DNA of 60,607 nucleotides, filler included, from Sphacelaria rigidula (lineage: Eukaryota): the NCBI GenBank assembly GCA_964200075.2. It is 5 parts of 5 records of this genome, joined end to end, with 100 filler letters (N's around TTAATTAATTAA, not from the genome) between each part and the next. Parts side by side here need not be neighbours in the genome. Positions count along the whole stretch, not along the records: positions 1 to 12,045 come from CAXNAA020004200.1; 4 more parts are not named here. The stretch is one strand, 5' to 3'. Below are positions 1 through 12,045 of the stretch, in pieces; position 1 is the stretch's first letter, and each line of letters begins with the position of its first letter. A model generated the notes under the pieces. The model saw only the letters and a list, made by a program, of their open reading frames with translations. It was not told the origin of the DNA and made no database searches. The translations under genes were made by a program, and so were the position numbers.

Positions 1-150
1 CTTAAACAAACATCCGGCTATGTCACCCTCTTCGTCTCTTCATTGCGGTCAGTATGATACTATATATGCGACTATTGGGTGCGTATTACGGAAGGCATTT
101 GCTGATTACACAATTTTGGGTGTTCACCGTGAACCAGCCTGTACAAAAAG
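1..150 (+). pseudogene. Fragment of a dispersed decayed ORF family (unknown protein)
   Basis: PAMSPSSSLHCGQYDTIYATIGCVLRKAFADYTILGVHREPACT aligns by eye with PVMSAPSPVHDGPHDTMFATAG*VLRKAFADDTILGDTHDPACT at 39560-39700 (-). Confidence 0.6.
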
Positions 151-460
151 GTATATGTTGACGAGAGAGTGTACGCGATGCCGGACCGCTGATAGTCATG
201 ATCTAATCCGCGATAACAACATCGGAGGTGCGTACCCGGGGAGATACGGTTTGTGAGACCACGGACTCGTCGCGAGGAAAGGCAAGGACCAAAAGAGTGG
301 CGACGAAGAGGGCACACCTCACTCTAGCCCAAGCTGTGACGAAGCCCACCGTCGTAGCTGAGTCTAGTTCTAGAGTACCACGACCGTGTTTTTGGTGTAC
401 GGGAAGATGTCTCGCCTTCGTTCCGTCCGTAACCGCGTTCCTTCCGCATGATGTTTTGCC

Positions 461-740
461 GGTCGCCCCGGTGGCTCAGTTGGTAACCTCGTAACATTCT
501 GACGGTTGAGTAGTGAGATTCGATCCCCGGGGCGATCTGGGATTTTTTCTCACAACATGCCCAACAGTGGAGAGCGACTATGTTGTGGGTACACAAAATT
601 CGACTTAACGATGAACGAGGTAAAGGGACTGCTGAACCCCTCTCGCGAGAAAAAATAAAGGCAAGCACCGCAGAAGGAATCTGGTTTACTGAAAACAAAT
701 AAAAAAGAAAAGGTCCTGTGTTGACCTTCCTCCTGTGTGA
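461..740 (+). mobile_element. tRNA-derived SINE (family S1), copy 1
   Basis: A-box TGGCTCAGTTGG, B-box-like GAGATTCGATCCC, acceptor-like stem GGTCGCCCCGG/CCGGGGCGATC; homologous copy at 28803. Confidence 0.75.
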
Positions 741-850
741 CCCCGGCTGATGCGCCCACAAATACCGGAAGGTGTAGACAGGTGCCCAGAATAAATGGGA
801 CGACAACACACAGCACACACACTGTTACCACGTTTGTTATGCTCCACAAG

Positions 851-913
851 GATCGCGTCGCGACTGCGGAGAAACTCCTGGGGCAGGTCATCAACGCGGA
901 CGAAAGGATCCAG
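851..913 (+). CDS. Candidate internal exon (DRVATAEKLLGQVINADERIQ), unknown protein
   Basis: CACAAG| acceptor, strong CAG|GTGAGT donor, 63 nt open, phase 0/0. Confidence 0.4.
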
Positions 914-1641
914 GTGAGTCCGAGTATCGCCCCGCCTTACATCGTCCGAGCTACCTTGAAGTATCGGACACACACGGAGCCGAGCGCCAATATGTGTGCC
1001 TGATACGGGTAACAGTTTTTTTTCCGTTGATAACACGCTGGATTTGAACCGTACCTGAAAATCCTCGATGGATCATACAGTTGCTACGTATAATGAAACG
1101 CAACCGCCGAGCGCCCCCACCTACACCTTGACTACGCGCCTAACTCTCGTCGCCTTCGGTGCCTGCTGCACGGCGGGAAAACGGTTTGCTTCAGTGGTTC
1201 TTGATCACATGGAGTACTGCTTCTGATTGCCTCGTTCTCCCCATCCATGTCTCCATTTTCCGTTGTGCCGTGGGGAATGTCGCTACCTAATCACAGCACA
1301 TTCGTGTGCGCCAGGTGGACATTTTTTTCAGGGCTTGGACCCTCGACCAAAAATCGTCGTCTTGTGCAGTTTTAACCTGAACTACTTATTATGTGCTACT
1401 CAGCCAAGGCATCCTGAACAAAGGTTGAAGACCTTACTGGTGGGAATGATGTGCCATACCTAAGTTTTCGATGGGGTTACACCCAGCGAAGGGCATGCAA
1501 AAAGAGAGGTACCGACTGACGTCGCCAATTGATCGATCTCGAAGAGACTGCTGTAGCCTCACCGCATGTCTATCGGATCGACCAAGTACCCACAAGATAC
1601 TGTCGCTAGAAGTTGGGGCTTCAGTGTTCGTGTGCGGCGAA

Positions 1642-1906
1642 GACCAATGCTACGGTAGGGGTGCACTTTTTGCGCGAAGTCTTGTCTGGTTTAGGGGCTC
1701 CTAAAGATTCTAGATGCACAAGAACATGGGTCAGGGCACCCCCGTTGGCAAATTCATTTGGGGCATCCCTAGCACGTTGGACTAGTAATCCTAGCGTACT
1801 CTTACATACCCCATTTCGTAAGTCTTATTTTGGATGAGATAAAATAAGGACTCCTAACAATTCAAACCTCAGAAAATATTTGTGCACCCCTACCGTAGCA
1901 TCCGTC
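1642..1906. mobile_element. MITE family M1, copy 1
   Basis: TIR ATGCTACGGTAGGGGTGCAC...GTGCACCCCTACCGTAGCAT; copies at 6815 and 18392 in opposite orientation. Confidence 0.9.
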
Positions 1907-2331
1907 CGCATCCTCTATATTGTACAGTCACATCACTCAGGCCAATTGCAGAAACTAGAACATGGACCACCTTTGAAGTGGTCCAGGATCTGAAAAAAAG
2001 GTTATGATCTGGTTTGCACGACTATGCTGCTGATTGTACATATCATACAGTGTGTGCAATTTTCGAATGACGATCGAAAAGTGAAAGCCCCTTCCTTTCA
2101 CAATCCGCTCTACACCCGCAAAAAAGGCCATGCCACACGCAATAGCGGGGATGAAGAGGGGAAACAAGGAAAGCAAGAAGTCGGGGGGAAGTGCAAGCGA
2201 CATCTCTACTTTCGTGCATCAGAGAGTGTCCACTCTTGTTAGCGGATGAATTTCTCGGCTAGATATGTGGTGATTACCCGCGTGATCCCAAACGCCACAG
2301 AATGGAACCTGTTGTAGACACTCCGTACAAT

Positions 2332-2771
2332 CACGGGATCTTACAAATTGGAGATTGATTTTTTATTGGAAATGAGGAACCCGGGGAATAAAAATCTTCG
2401 TATCCACACCAAATCTTCGAAATATGGTTTCATTTCTTCACCTCCTGACAGCTATTGACAACCGCTACACTCCATGGAAATTTGAATTTCGATCACCGAA
2501 ATGGTGGGATCCTAGGTGAAACACCAATATCGGAACCATTTTGGCGTCCGTTCGGACACCCGAAATTCCCCCAAATCGGTCCTTCACCTGGGACCTCAAC
2601 TTTTCGGTGATCGAAATCCAAATTTTTAGCGCGTGTAGCAGTTGTCAAAAGCTATCAATAGGTGAAGAAATGGAACCATATTTCGAAGATCTGGTGTGGA
2701 TACGAAGATTTTAATCCTCCCGGTTTCTCATCCCCAATAAACGTTCCATCCCCAATTTGTGAGATCCCGTC
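2332..2771. mobile_element. Foldback MITE family M2, copy 1
   Basis: Near-complete palindrome, CACGGGATCTTACAAATTGG...CCAATTTGTGAGATCCCGT; second copy at 26791-27216. Confidence 0.9.
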
Positions 2772-2799
2772 TTTACAACCGAGTAAAATGTCATCGCAG

Positions 2800-2895
2800 G
2801 TTCAACAGGCCTTTCCGATTTTCCCAGAAGTCACTGAACTGACTGGCGATCTTCGTGGGAGCAGTTCTGCGCTCCGGAGCTGTTGCGTGTTTTGA
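2800..2895 (+). CDS. Candidate terminal exon ending in a CaaX-like motif (VQQAFPIFPEVTELTGDLRGSSSALRSCCVF*)
   Basis: CGCAG| acceptor in phase 0, compatible with exon 851-913; followed by GT-rich UTR-like sequence. Confidence 0.35.
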   Translation, partial: VQQAFPIFPEVTELTGDLRGSSSALRSCCVF

Positions 2896-3849
2896 TCATC
2901 TTGCTGCGCCCCCTTGATTTGTGGTGAACTCTAATTTGGCCTGCGTGTTTATTTTCTTCTCCTTGTAGCCACATGCAGTTATTGTTTCGGTTGTCTCCGA
3001 CGCCGACCAAGAGGTGCAACGACGGTTAGACCTTGATAGACGGCACGTTGCGGTTCATACCTCATGAATGAGCTCATTGCTCCAGAGGAGGTTGACTGAA
3101 ATGGGGTACAATTTGCTGCAAAACACATGAATGTTGGGTATTCTAGGTGTCAAACTATGTATTTATCGTCCTTCTTGACCCAACCGTTTGACAGTAAACC
3201 GTTGTGGACGGTCTCTCCTTTCTTCCATCGGTCGGGGATTGCGTATTGCCAGTTGCTCTTCTTTTGGTTCTCGTCGGTGAATTGGCAAGAACGGGTGCTA
3301 TCGGGCCTTACCTCATATGTGCCAGAGGAGTATAGACGTTGCCTTTATCGGTGCGTTGATTTATGTCGCCGTGGCTTTTAAATTGCCAGCTTACTTGTTA
3401 GCTCTTCGTTCCCGAAAACGTTGCGCTTAATCGCTCATACACAAAAGCTGCAGGTTATGGTCAAGCCGCCCGGTAAAGTATCAGTTCACGAGTTGTTTTT
3501 CTCAGCCCGAACCAGGTAAACTCTGCTTCTATTTTTTAAATGCGTTTAGTTTTCCCTGCAACGATGTTTTTGTCCGCGTATTCATCTCTTTAGTGATATC
3601 GATATTCCTCTTTCTGAGATGATGCTAAGTAGCTGAAACAGTGTTGGGGTTCGTTCACCTGCGTTGGCGTGATGACTCTCCGTTCGACACGTGTGCTAGA
3701 GAAGACCTTGCCTATCGGCGGCAACCTATGCAACCACACCCAGTCATACACCGTCAAACATGAACAGCTACACGTGTGTTTGTCACGCTTTGAACTCCTC
3801 CTCTTCCCGGGGACGAGCCCGTGGTCTCCAAGGATCAACCCCCCCCTCG

Positions 3850-4010
3850 ACCTACGCCTCGCCTTTTGATCTCGCGGACTGCCTCACCTCGATCCAGGTC
3901 TTGCTTTTAGTTCTCGCGGACTGACTCTCCTCGATTCACGCCTAGCATTATGATTTCACGGATGAGCTCCCCTCGATCCAGGCCTTGTCTTTTGATCTCG
4001 CGGACGGATT
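3850..4010. repeat. Short degenerate tandem repeat (TTTTGATCTCGCGGACTG-like units)
   Basis: Recurring CTCGCGGAC and CTCGATCCAGG motifs. Confidence 0.6.
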
Positions 4011-4126
4011 TGGGTCAGCACTCCCGCACCGCATCAGCTCTCGTCAAACTCAGACAACAACTTTTTGTCTACTGTACTCACGTACACCCACGTTCGCCGG
4101 GGGAAATCAGATACGTTCGAAGAAGA

Positions 4127-4212
4127 ATATATATATATATATATGGCAGCAATCGAACCCGCGTTCTCTGCACATTGACCATCACCGCAAGGCCATCAGA
4201 CTACCGGGTCGC
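4127..4212 (-). mobile_element. tRNA-derived SINE head followed by (TA)n
   Basis: Minus strand has A-box-like TAGTCTGATGG and B-box GGTTCGATT. Confidence 0.5.
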
Positions 4213-4570
4213 AACAAGAGAAACTATAACCGAGCCCTCCTACTGTACCGCTAACCATTTTTCACGCCTTACCGCAGTAGTCTCACTATTGTCGTTTCGT
4301 GTCAGTTTCTGGAGTCGTACTTGGATGCCGGGCAAAGACTGCGCCTGGCCACGAGAAACTGGGGGCTGTATCGAGCGGTCATGGGGAACCCGACGGGCTC
4401 TTACATGCTAGACTTGGCCACTCCTCGAGGTCGATTCGCCGCACAGAAGGTGGAGTACGAACGGTAGTGATCAAAAAAAGAAAAAAAACAGGAGAGATTG
4501 CTTCGTCTAGCTATCGAAGCACGTTACGCGCAGACTACTCACGCTTCACACTGATGATGTTTGACGAATA

Positions 4571-5000
4571 AACACAGGAGTTTTTACGAGTTACTGATGG
4601 ATTTGTTTTTGGAGATGAACCTTGGAAACCTTCGTAAGCATCGAAATATTCTCGGAATAAAAATGTAAAGACAGTCTCCGGTCGTGATGACATGTGTAGT
4701 CTCGCTCATCCTCAAAATAATCCATCCCGAGCGTGTAAAACCCCGTGTTCCTTCCGAGCAAATTTCGACCTCCGTTCGTTTCCGCACACACACCACACCT
4801 GTTTACATTCATTGGAATCCCATGTAAACACCGGATTCTACAAATTGCGGATGGGTTTGTGGATTTAGGATGAGCGAGGCCACACGTCACGGCCGGAAAG
4901 TGCATCTACATGTTGTTTTCGAGAATATTTCGACGCTTGTGGAAGTTTCCGAGGTTTATCTTAAACACAACTGCATCCTCCATTCGCAAAATTCCGTGTT
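4571..5000. mobile_element. Degenerate long-TIR MITE (CACGG-type ends)
   Basis: 4571-4670 is an imperfect inverted repeat of 4900-5000. Confidence 0.65.
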
Positions 5001-5504
5001 AATATACATCGGACATCATTTAGTGTCAACAGCGACTGCATACTCATGCTGCACCGGGATAGCCACGCGAGCGCGCGCACGGTTAGTGCCGTACATGCTG
5101 CACTTGCGAGGAAAATTTCGAGATGAACTCGCCGCGCATAGGGTAAAGTATTCAGTACTGATGTAAAACACACGACGGTGAGCACCGGGCAGTGCCGAGA
5201 TATCCAGAGAGAGCGCCTCTGTGGTGTAGTGTCGACTCAGGCAGTGGGCAGGATTATCTTGCTACTACTGAGTAGTGCCCCGATACTCTAGTTCCCCCCC
5301 CCCCTCCCTGCCCCCGACCCCCACCCCCAATCCAACCCGAGCACTTCTTGATTGATTGATTGACTGTCGCACTTGAACTGACCACCCATGGGTCCAGTCC
5401 AGCCGTGGTCGCATGATAGACGTACCGAAGAAAAAGCACCACTCGTTTAACTAAACGAAGGATCACAAAAAAAAGTCGAACAGAACGACATAGTAGACTA
5501 AGAA

Positions 5505-5675
5505 CACTGTCACGAAGAACTTGGCCATGTAGCGCCTGATAGCTGGTTTCAAACAGTATGAAGCGTCCTCACATGAGCGGAATTGGCGAGAATGATACAC
5601 AGGCGCGGGAGCTCCCAGCTGCTCGGTGTGCTCACCTTCTGTCATTCTGATTCGCTAGTAGATCTTTGCTTCCCA
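5505..5675. repeat. Dispersed repeat family R1, copy 1
   Basis: Homologous to 8707-8862. Confidence 0.8.
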
Positions 5676-6814
5676 AATCAGCTACCTTCCTGGAGAGGGG
5701 CGGCTATATCGCGGCATCACCCTACTTTCCAGGCACCCTACTGTAAATTTTCGTCGGAAGCGCGGCCTATTCGTATGAGCGTATCATATCTGAATGTATC
5801 TAAGCCATAGTACAGAGGAACGTTACTCGAAACAACTGTACCGTTGAACTATTGGAGATCTCCATCATAGATCATATGGATGGATTCAGAGTTTCACCGA
5901 AATGGTATCTAGGGCTACGGAACATATCCAATGTTCCGCGGGGCATAAATAATACGTTCCGCGGAAAATGGGCTCGAGGTTGATTCCCGTCCTTGCTGAT
6001 AAGAGCCATCGATCCCCTCTCGGGTCATTTCCTTTTCATCCTCCGTCTCAACGACTAATACATGAGAATTTCACACATTCGTCATAATCTTCACGGTCAC
6101 TGGACTTCGGTTTGCACCAACACGACCCTTCGGCCTGTGCACGACTGATGGTTCAAAACGATGCTGTGGGAGAAGAATCAAAACAATATCGAATGCACTC
6201 GAGACACGAAATTTTGGGAGAAATATATGTACGGCTCTTCCCTGGGTATACGTGAAATCTTGGCGCCTTGTCCTGCCCGATGAGTAGAGGCTGTTGTCGC
6301 GATAGCTGCACAACAGCCCTGATACAGTGGCCTTTAGAGCTTCCCGTCATCTTTTCGATGCCTTCGAACTACGGCTTCATGTACTTTGAGATGAATGTAA
6401 ACGTGTGCAACAATAGGCGGGGTCTGATCCGCGGGGAACGTTGAGCTAGCATGCACAGTACTACGTTGAGTGTGGAAGAATATCAAGGTTTTCATCCGAC
6501 CCACTTTGTATGATGTGGATGGCTCTTTTTCCCGCCCTGAGAAATCTGATATATTGTTTCAATGTTGTGAGGTAACTGCGTGCAGGTTCCGTAGAATTAT
6601 GATTTCGACGACAAGGATCACAAGCGAGCGTTCGTGGTCATCCGCCATGATTCTTTTTTTAATCATTATTCGTCTTCTTACTACGCATGGTGGCCGCGAT
6701 CGCAAGCTGGGAGAGATGGCTAACGCATACAGACTACGGGACGGTGTCCGACCTACGCCTGACACCTCTCAGAAGGGAAACCGAACGGTACGCAGGGCGA
6801 CATGTTAGTGGTCG

Positions 6815-7071
6815 GAGTGATGCTACGGTAGGGGTACACGAATATTTCCTAGGGTTAGAATTGTTAGGGGCCCTTAATCTCATCCAAAACACGACTGATG
6901 AAAATATGCGAGAGTACGCCAGGATTACTATTCCAATGTGCTGGGAATATCCCGAATAAATCTGCAAACGGGGATACCCTGACCCATGTTCTTGTGCGTC
7001 TAGAATCGTCAGGAGCCCCTGAAGCAGACACAATTTCGCGAAAGAAGGGCACCCCTACCGTAGCATTGCTC
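6815..7071. mobile_element. MITE family M1, copy 2
   Basis: TIRs GAGTGATGCTACGGTAGGGG / CCCCTACCGTAGCATTGCTC. Confidence 0.9.
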
Positions 7072-7626
7072 GTGGGTTGATGGTCAGAGTCGACCCAGCA
7101 CTTTTGTTATTCCGGACCAAGTGCGTAATAATGTGGAGCCCAGTGTTGGTGGCATTGCGCGCCGTGTGAAGTGTTTATGTCCAACTGATCTGAGCGTTCA
7201 GATCACGTGCAAAGTGCACCCCCATATGATCGAAACGTCTGCTGCATGCGTGCTTGTGGGATCTACACTACTATATGACTGATGGATTGCCGCTGTATGA
7301 ATTGGTTCCCGAGGGGACCGGCAGGTTAGGTGGTCATCATCCACAAGGTAAATGTACCCGAGGAAACCAAAATGGAAATGCCCGCTGAAGAAACAAAAAC
7401 AAAAAACGCAACGCGAAACCAAACGATTCATACGTATGTAGAGCAAAAGACAGGACTGGAGAGGAGTAACAGTATAGCGTCGAAACAAGTCAAGATAGAT
7501 GTACTTTTGGTCGGTTATATGTCGGTGGCATGGGGTGTGATCCCTGCCAACAAGACCACCTCTCCTTTCGTTGTGTACGGTACGGCGTATACGTACTACT
7601 CATTTTCCGTCGTGTTCTCTGACAAG

Positions 7627-7796
7627 ACCCGGGGAGACTCTAACGAGGGTTTTCGGGACCGTATGCGTCGTTCGTTGTTCGTCACCGGCGCGAACCAATA
7701 TGCCACACAGCCGTTTCGGAACGAGGTTCTGGATACCGTGCCGCACAATTTGTCCATGGAGTGGTTCGTGCAACTCCCGCGGCGTGGCCAACTCAG
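7627..7796 (+). CDS. Possible exon, unknown protein
   Basis: Pyrimidine tract plus AAG acceptor and CAG|GTGCGC donor; reading frame ambiguous. Confidence 0.25.
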
Positions 7797-8435
7797 GTGC
7801 GCATGATGAACTGAAAAAGCGATCGATGGCATGAGTGACGCGAACGGCCCACTCGGGCGTTTCGTGACTGTCACCAAACTGACCGCGCTAAGTGTCGTCC
7901 ACTTGAAAACAATTTCTCCATTTTATCAACCAAAAAGAAGACGGCTTTCGAAGTTCGGCCCGTGCTTCGATCTTGCCTTTGGCCCCATAGTAGCCGGACC
8001 AAAAAACACCAGCAGCTCCACCGTGAATAAAAAAATGTAGATATTTCCTCCAGCCAGAAAACTGGGCGCTGTTCCTTATATCACCATCTGGAATGCAACG
8101 TATATCTACATCCCAACGGAGAACTTCGGTCGAGGTCAGTGGTTGTATTACCGTTTGCCGAGATTCACCTGAAAAAGGACGTTGTTGGGAGGAAAAGGAC
8201 TTCCCGAATGTTGTTTCAGGACAAGTCATGATGCCGTCCGTGCTTTTGTGAGGCCGAGTCTCCTAGGGAAGCTACTACAACGAAACCGTTTTTCTCAGAC
8301 TTTTTTTCTTCAGTTGTTTTTCAAGGAACTTCCTTGCGCTGTCTCGCGAGCATGTCGGCTGACTCTATGCTTGGCAGCGAAATCAAACAAGCAACGCCAT
8401 GCAGACGGTTACGGTAGCACCCCTCCCTGTAACAG

Positions 8436-8599
8436 ACCATGCTTCCATCGTCGACACGGACACTATCATGAACCGTGTATCATGTACCAGGATGGACTTT
8501 GTTTCCACGGAGCGACCGCGGATGTCCGTGAAGCCTCTCAGCGACTCCCGATTCGAAGCTCTCAAAAACGCTTTGGGGGTAGGCGACGAAATGCAGAAG
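8436..8599 (+). CDS. Possible exon (HASIVDTDTIMNRVSC...ALGVGDEMQK), unknown protein
   Basis: TAACAG| acceptor and AAG|GTACGT donor, open frame. Confidence 0.3.
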
Positions 8600-8706
8600 G
8601 TACGTTGCACGTTTCCCTGCACACAACGCTTGCCCTCGGCATTTTGAGGGGAGCTTGCAGTACCAGAGTGATACCGCCATACCCCCCCGCCCAAACCAAC
8701 CCAGGA

Positions 8707-8862
8707 ACTGTCACGAAGACAGCGGCCATGCAGGGCATGATAGCTGGTTTCAGACAGTATGAAGCGCCTTGTATGATCGAAGTTAGCGAGAATCGAGGGA
8801 CGTCCTCCCTGCTCGGGGTGTCCACCTCCTGTCATTTGATTCGTATGTAGATCTTGCCTTCT
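8707..8862. repeat. Dispersed repeat family R1, copy 2
   Basis: Homologous to 5505-5675. Confidence 0.8.
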
Positions 8863-8879
8863 TGAACCCGCTACATTTA

Positions 8880-9140
8880 TGTGGGGGAGAGGGGAAAGGG
8901 GGGGGCGTACTCATTTGTTGCTTGCCTTAGTCGTTTGACCATTGGGGGGGGGGGGGGTGCTCCGTATTATGAGGGGCATGGGCGGGGGGGGGGGGGATTG
9001 CGGGAACACAAAGGGGTAGCGCAGTAGGGGAANNNNNNNNNNTTCGGTGTTGGTTTGCTCCTATTTTGGTGTTTCTCTTTGGGGCGCTCTGGGGGGGGGG
9101 GGGGGTACTCATGATTATGCATGCCATAGTCTGGGGGCGG
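8880..9140. repeat. Poly-G-rich dispersed repeat (contains a 10-N gap)
   Basis: G runs; ACTCATGATTATGCATGCCATAGTC matches the reverse complement of 11946-11985. Confidence 0.55.
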
Positions 9141-10510
9141 GTCTATTGCAGCATCACCAACGAGTATCTCAGTAGGTGAAACTCTTTCAGCACAAATCAA
9201 AGGATTACTCGGGCTTGCTCAAGTAGTACACCATCGTCAAAAAACGTGAGGAGAAAAAGGCTGTTGGGTCTGTCTTTTGCGTTAAGCACGGGAAAAGGTA
9301 GAGGCTATCCGCGCACGCGCTTGCGGCGAAGGTACATAGGTAGAGATCCCTGGGCTTAACGAACGAGAGTTTTCAGCTACTCGTAGCCCACAGCGCATCG
9401 CAGGGTCGGTTCTGTAGCTGGAGAAATACCCTGATTTGAGGCTAGGGAATGTGTTATCGCGGACTGGTCGACGATATACAATGCATCAAATAAATGGTGC
9501 AAAGATCGCTGTAGTATTTGCACTGACTGTGCCCCCACTTCGCAGTACGTGTCCTGCATCATGCTTTGTTCCAGCGGTGAGAAGGGTACGACAAAGTCGC
9601 CTTTCGATTGACGTTGAATGTGTATATAAACATGTCGGAATGGAGGGTTGGCTCCCCTCCCCGTATTGTGTAGATGGCGCCTCGGGTGCAAATAAGGCAT
9701 GCCTCGAAAGTGAGCAAATGTTCGCGGGGCCAGTGCCGATCTCGGCAACGTGCTCCTTAAAACCGTGAAATCCGTCCACGGGTGTGGGAGAAGGGAGGGA
9801 ATGAGAGCGCAATGTCAACCATTATACTGTGTGCAGAACGGAACCGGCTCCGAAACGATGTCAGGACTGCGAATGGTAGAGGCGTAGCACGTAATCGTCG
9901 ACCTCGTTCCGCCGTGGTTTGTCTTCGTATGCCCGCGGTTCTATAGATCATGGAAGCATACACTCAGCTGGAACGTGCTAAGGCGGCGAGAGAGTTGGTC
10001 GGAAAGATTCCCATATGGCAACAAGCTTCGGTATGTACGAGGTTTGTTGTTGTTCGCAGACACACTCCAACCCGGGCATGTTCCCGGTAGGAATGCACGC
10101 CAGCATCTATTGCAGACACCGTTCGGGTCTCATTCTACACATCACGTTGTATGGAGCGAAATGTTTTTACGGGGTCAGAGGAAACGAATCAGGATATCCT
10201 CTACCATTGTAGCGCAGTATCTGCTCCCATACCTGCCTTTGCCACGATGCAGGCAGCGGAGTTCGAAATGGTGCGATTTCACGCGTGAAACAATAGAGCA
10301 TGATATACTAAAGAACCTTCCGGATCACGGCCTGCACTTGCTTTTCCTTGCACGGACTTGCGTAGAAGGAGAGTTTTTTGTTCTTGCCTGCCAAATCAAG
10401 TGCGATCCATCAACGTCGACCTGAGGTGAAACCTCAGCCTAAACCCAACGGAGACTGTGATAATCCGTGTATACCAAACGCGTACTTGCTACCTTCGGCC
10501 GTCTACCATA

Positions 10511-11037
10511 TTCAGGAAGCGAACAGTTTACCCATGGAACCATTGAGCGCTCACTGGTTCAATGGGTAAACTGTTCGCTTCCTGAACAAAAGATATGCTG
10601 TGTGGTCCGTCCCGGCATGAAACACCAGTGATCTCCGGGGCCCCTTGCCCCTTCCAAGCCTCACTGTTCACACGTCAAACTCGTTCCTTCCACAGTCGAT
10701 ACTCGTTCCTTCCACAGTCGATAATGCTGGGACTCGAACCGCATACCTTTTTGTTCAGGAAGCGAACAAATTCACCCATTGAGCAAGTGACGCTCACTTA
10801 TTCAATGGTCACATGTCCGCTTGTGGAAAAATAAGTCGGGGATTCGAGTCTCCAGACGATCGATCTTTAGTGGAATTTGAAATGTGGACAGCGAGGCTTG
10901 CGAGGGGCAGGGAGCTTCGGAGATCACTGGAGTGTCAACGAACCACACAACACATGTTTTTTTCAGGAAGCAAAGCGTTTGCCCATTGAACCAGTCAGCG
11001 CTCAATGGTTCAATGGGCAAACGCTTCGCTTCCTGAA
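10511..11037. mobile_element. Palindromic array of TIR units with tRNA-like Pol III promoter ends
   Basis: Three hairpins centred at 10548/9, 10791/2 and 10999/11000; inner units 10549-10791 (-) and 10792-10999 (+) are homologous. Confidence 0.8.
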
Positions 11038-12045
11038 CATACCATAGGATGTCGCTCGCGTAGTTTCGCCTCACTGATACAACATTCGAGGTTTCAACTT
11101 GCACCTTCGACATTCGTCCAGCACAAAAACGCGAACAACCGTCATATTCCAAGCTGAGTGCTTTCACTACCCTGAACACCCCGCGCACAGGTCCTCGCAA
11201 AGATGACTGCTGCGCGTAGCAACGACCCCCCTAAACTTACTGTGGTACCCCGTGGGCCCTCCTATTCCGGCTCGAGAAAAGGTCAGTTGTCCAAACGGGA
11301 GAGGGAGGAGGGACGTACTTGTCAAAACGGACATGTACTCAGGTTAGAAACCGTTGGTTCTCATCCCCCTTTCTCACTCACCCCCCCTTGTCGTCCGCGG
11401 GTTATAAGCCTGGTCCGGCAACAACCCGGCCTGCTCCGTCCCGGCTCTACAGGGACGTACCCCCCATGTGGTTGACGTCAGTTGATAACGACGCTGTAAA
11501 AAAATCCACTCACGGAGTAAGCTAAGCAACCAGGTTACCGTTTTGTTCGTGCGCTTTGCGTTTTTGTTTTGTGGTAACAATGACGCTGGTCGAGCTACAT
11601 CATACTGTGCCAGGTTGAAAAACCTCAATTCCGGGCAAAGGGGATGATCGTACCACGTGGTGTTGAAATAGTGAGACACCCACGAGGCAGTGTGTAACCC
11701 GTGGCTGTCTCTGGAAGTGGCGATACCATAAAATGAATTACCTCATGGTAGGCTGTCATCCAAATGCAAGATATAATCAGCACACTTCGGGCCGAACAAT
11801 CTCACCAGAATGCAGCTCACGCTTCATGCGACTCGCCAAACACACCACGGCGCTTCGCGCTTGGTGATTGATCGCGAGCCTGGTCCGGCGAAAACTCAGC
11901 GTGCTCCGTCTCGACTTCGTAGGGATGAGATATCAAAAGCCACATGACTATGGCATGCAAGATCGTGAGTGCACCCCCCCCCCCTCCGCGAATGAGCGCC
12001 AGAATGTTGGCGGTGTCTCTATTAGGAGGAGGAACGGTGCTCCGT

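Noticed and set aside
461..540. Functional tRNA gene
   Set aside because: D- and anticodon stems do not pair, and the head continues into a shared dispersed body, so it is a SINE
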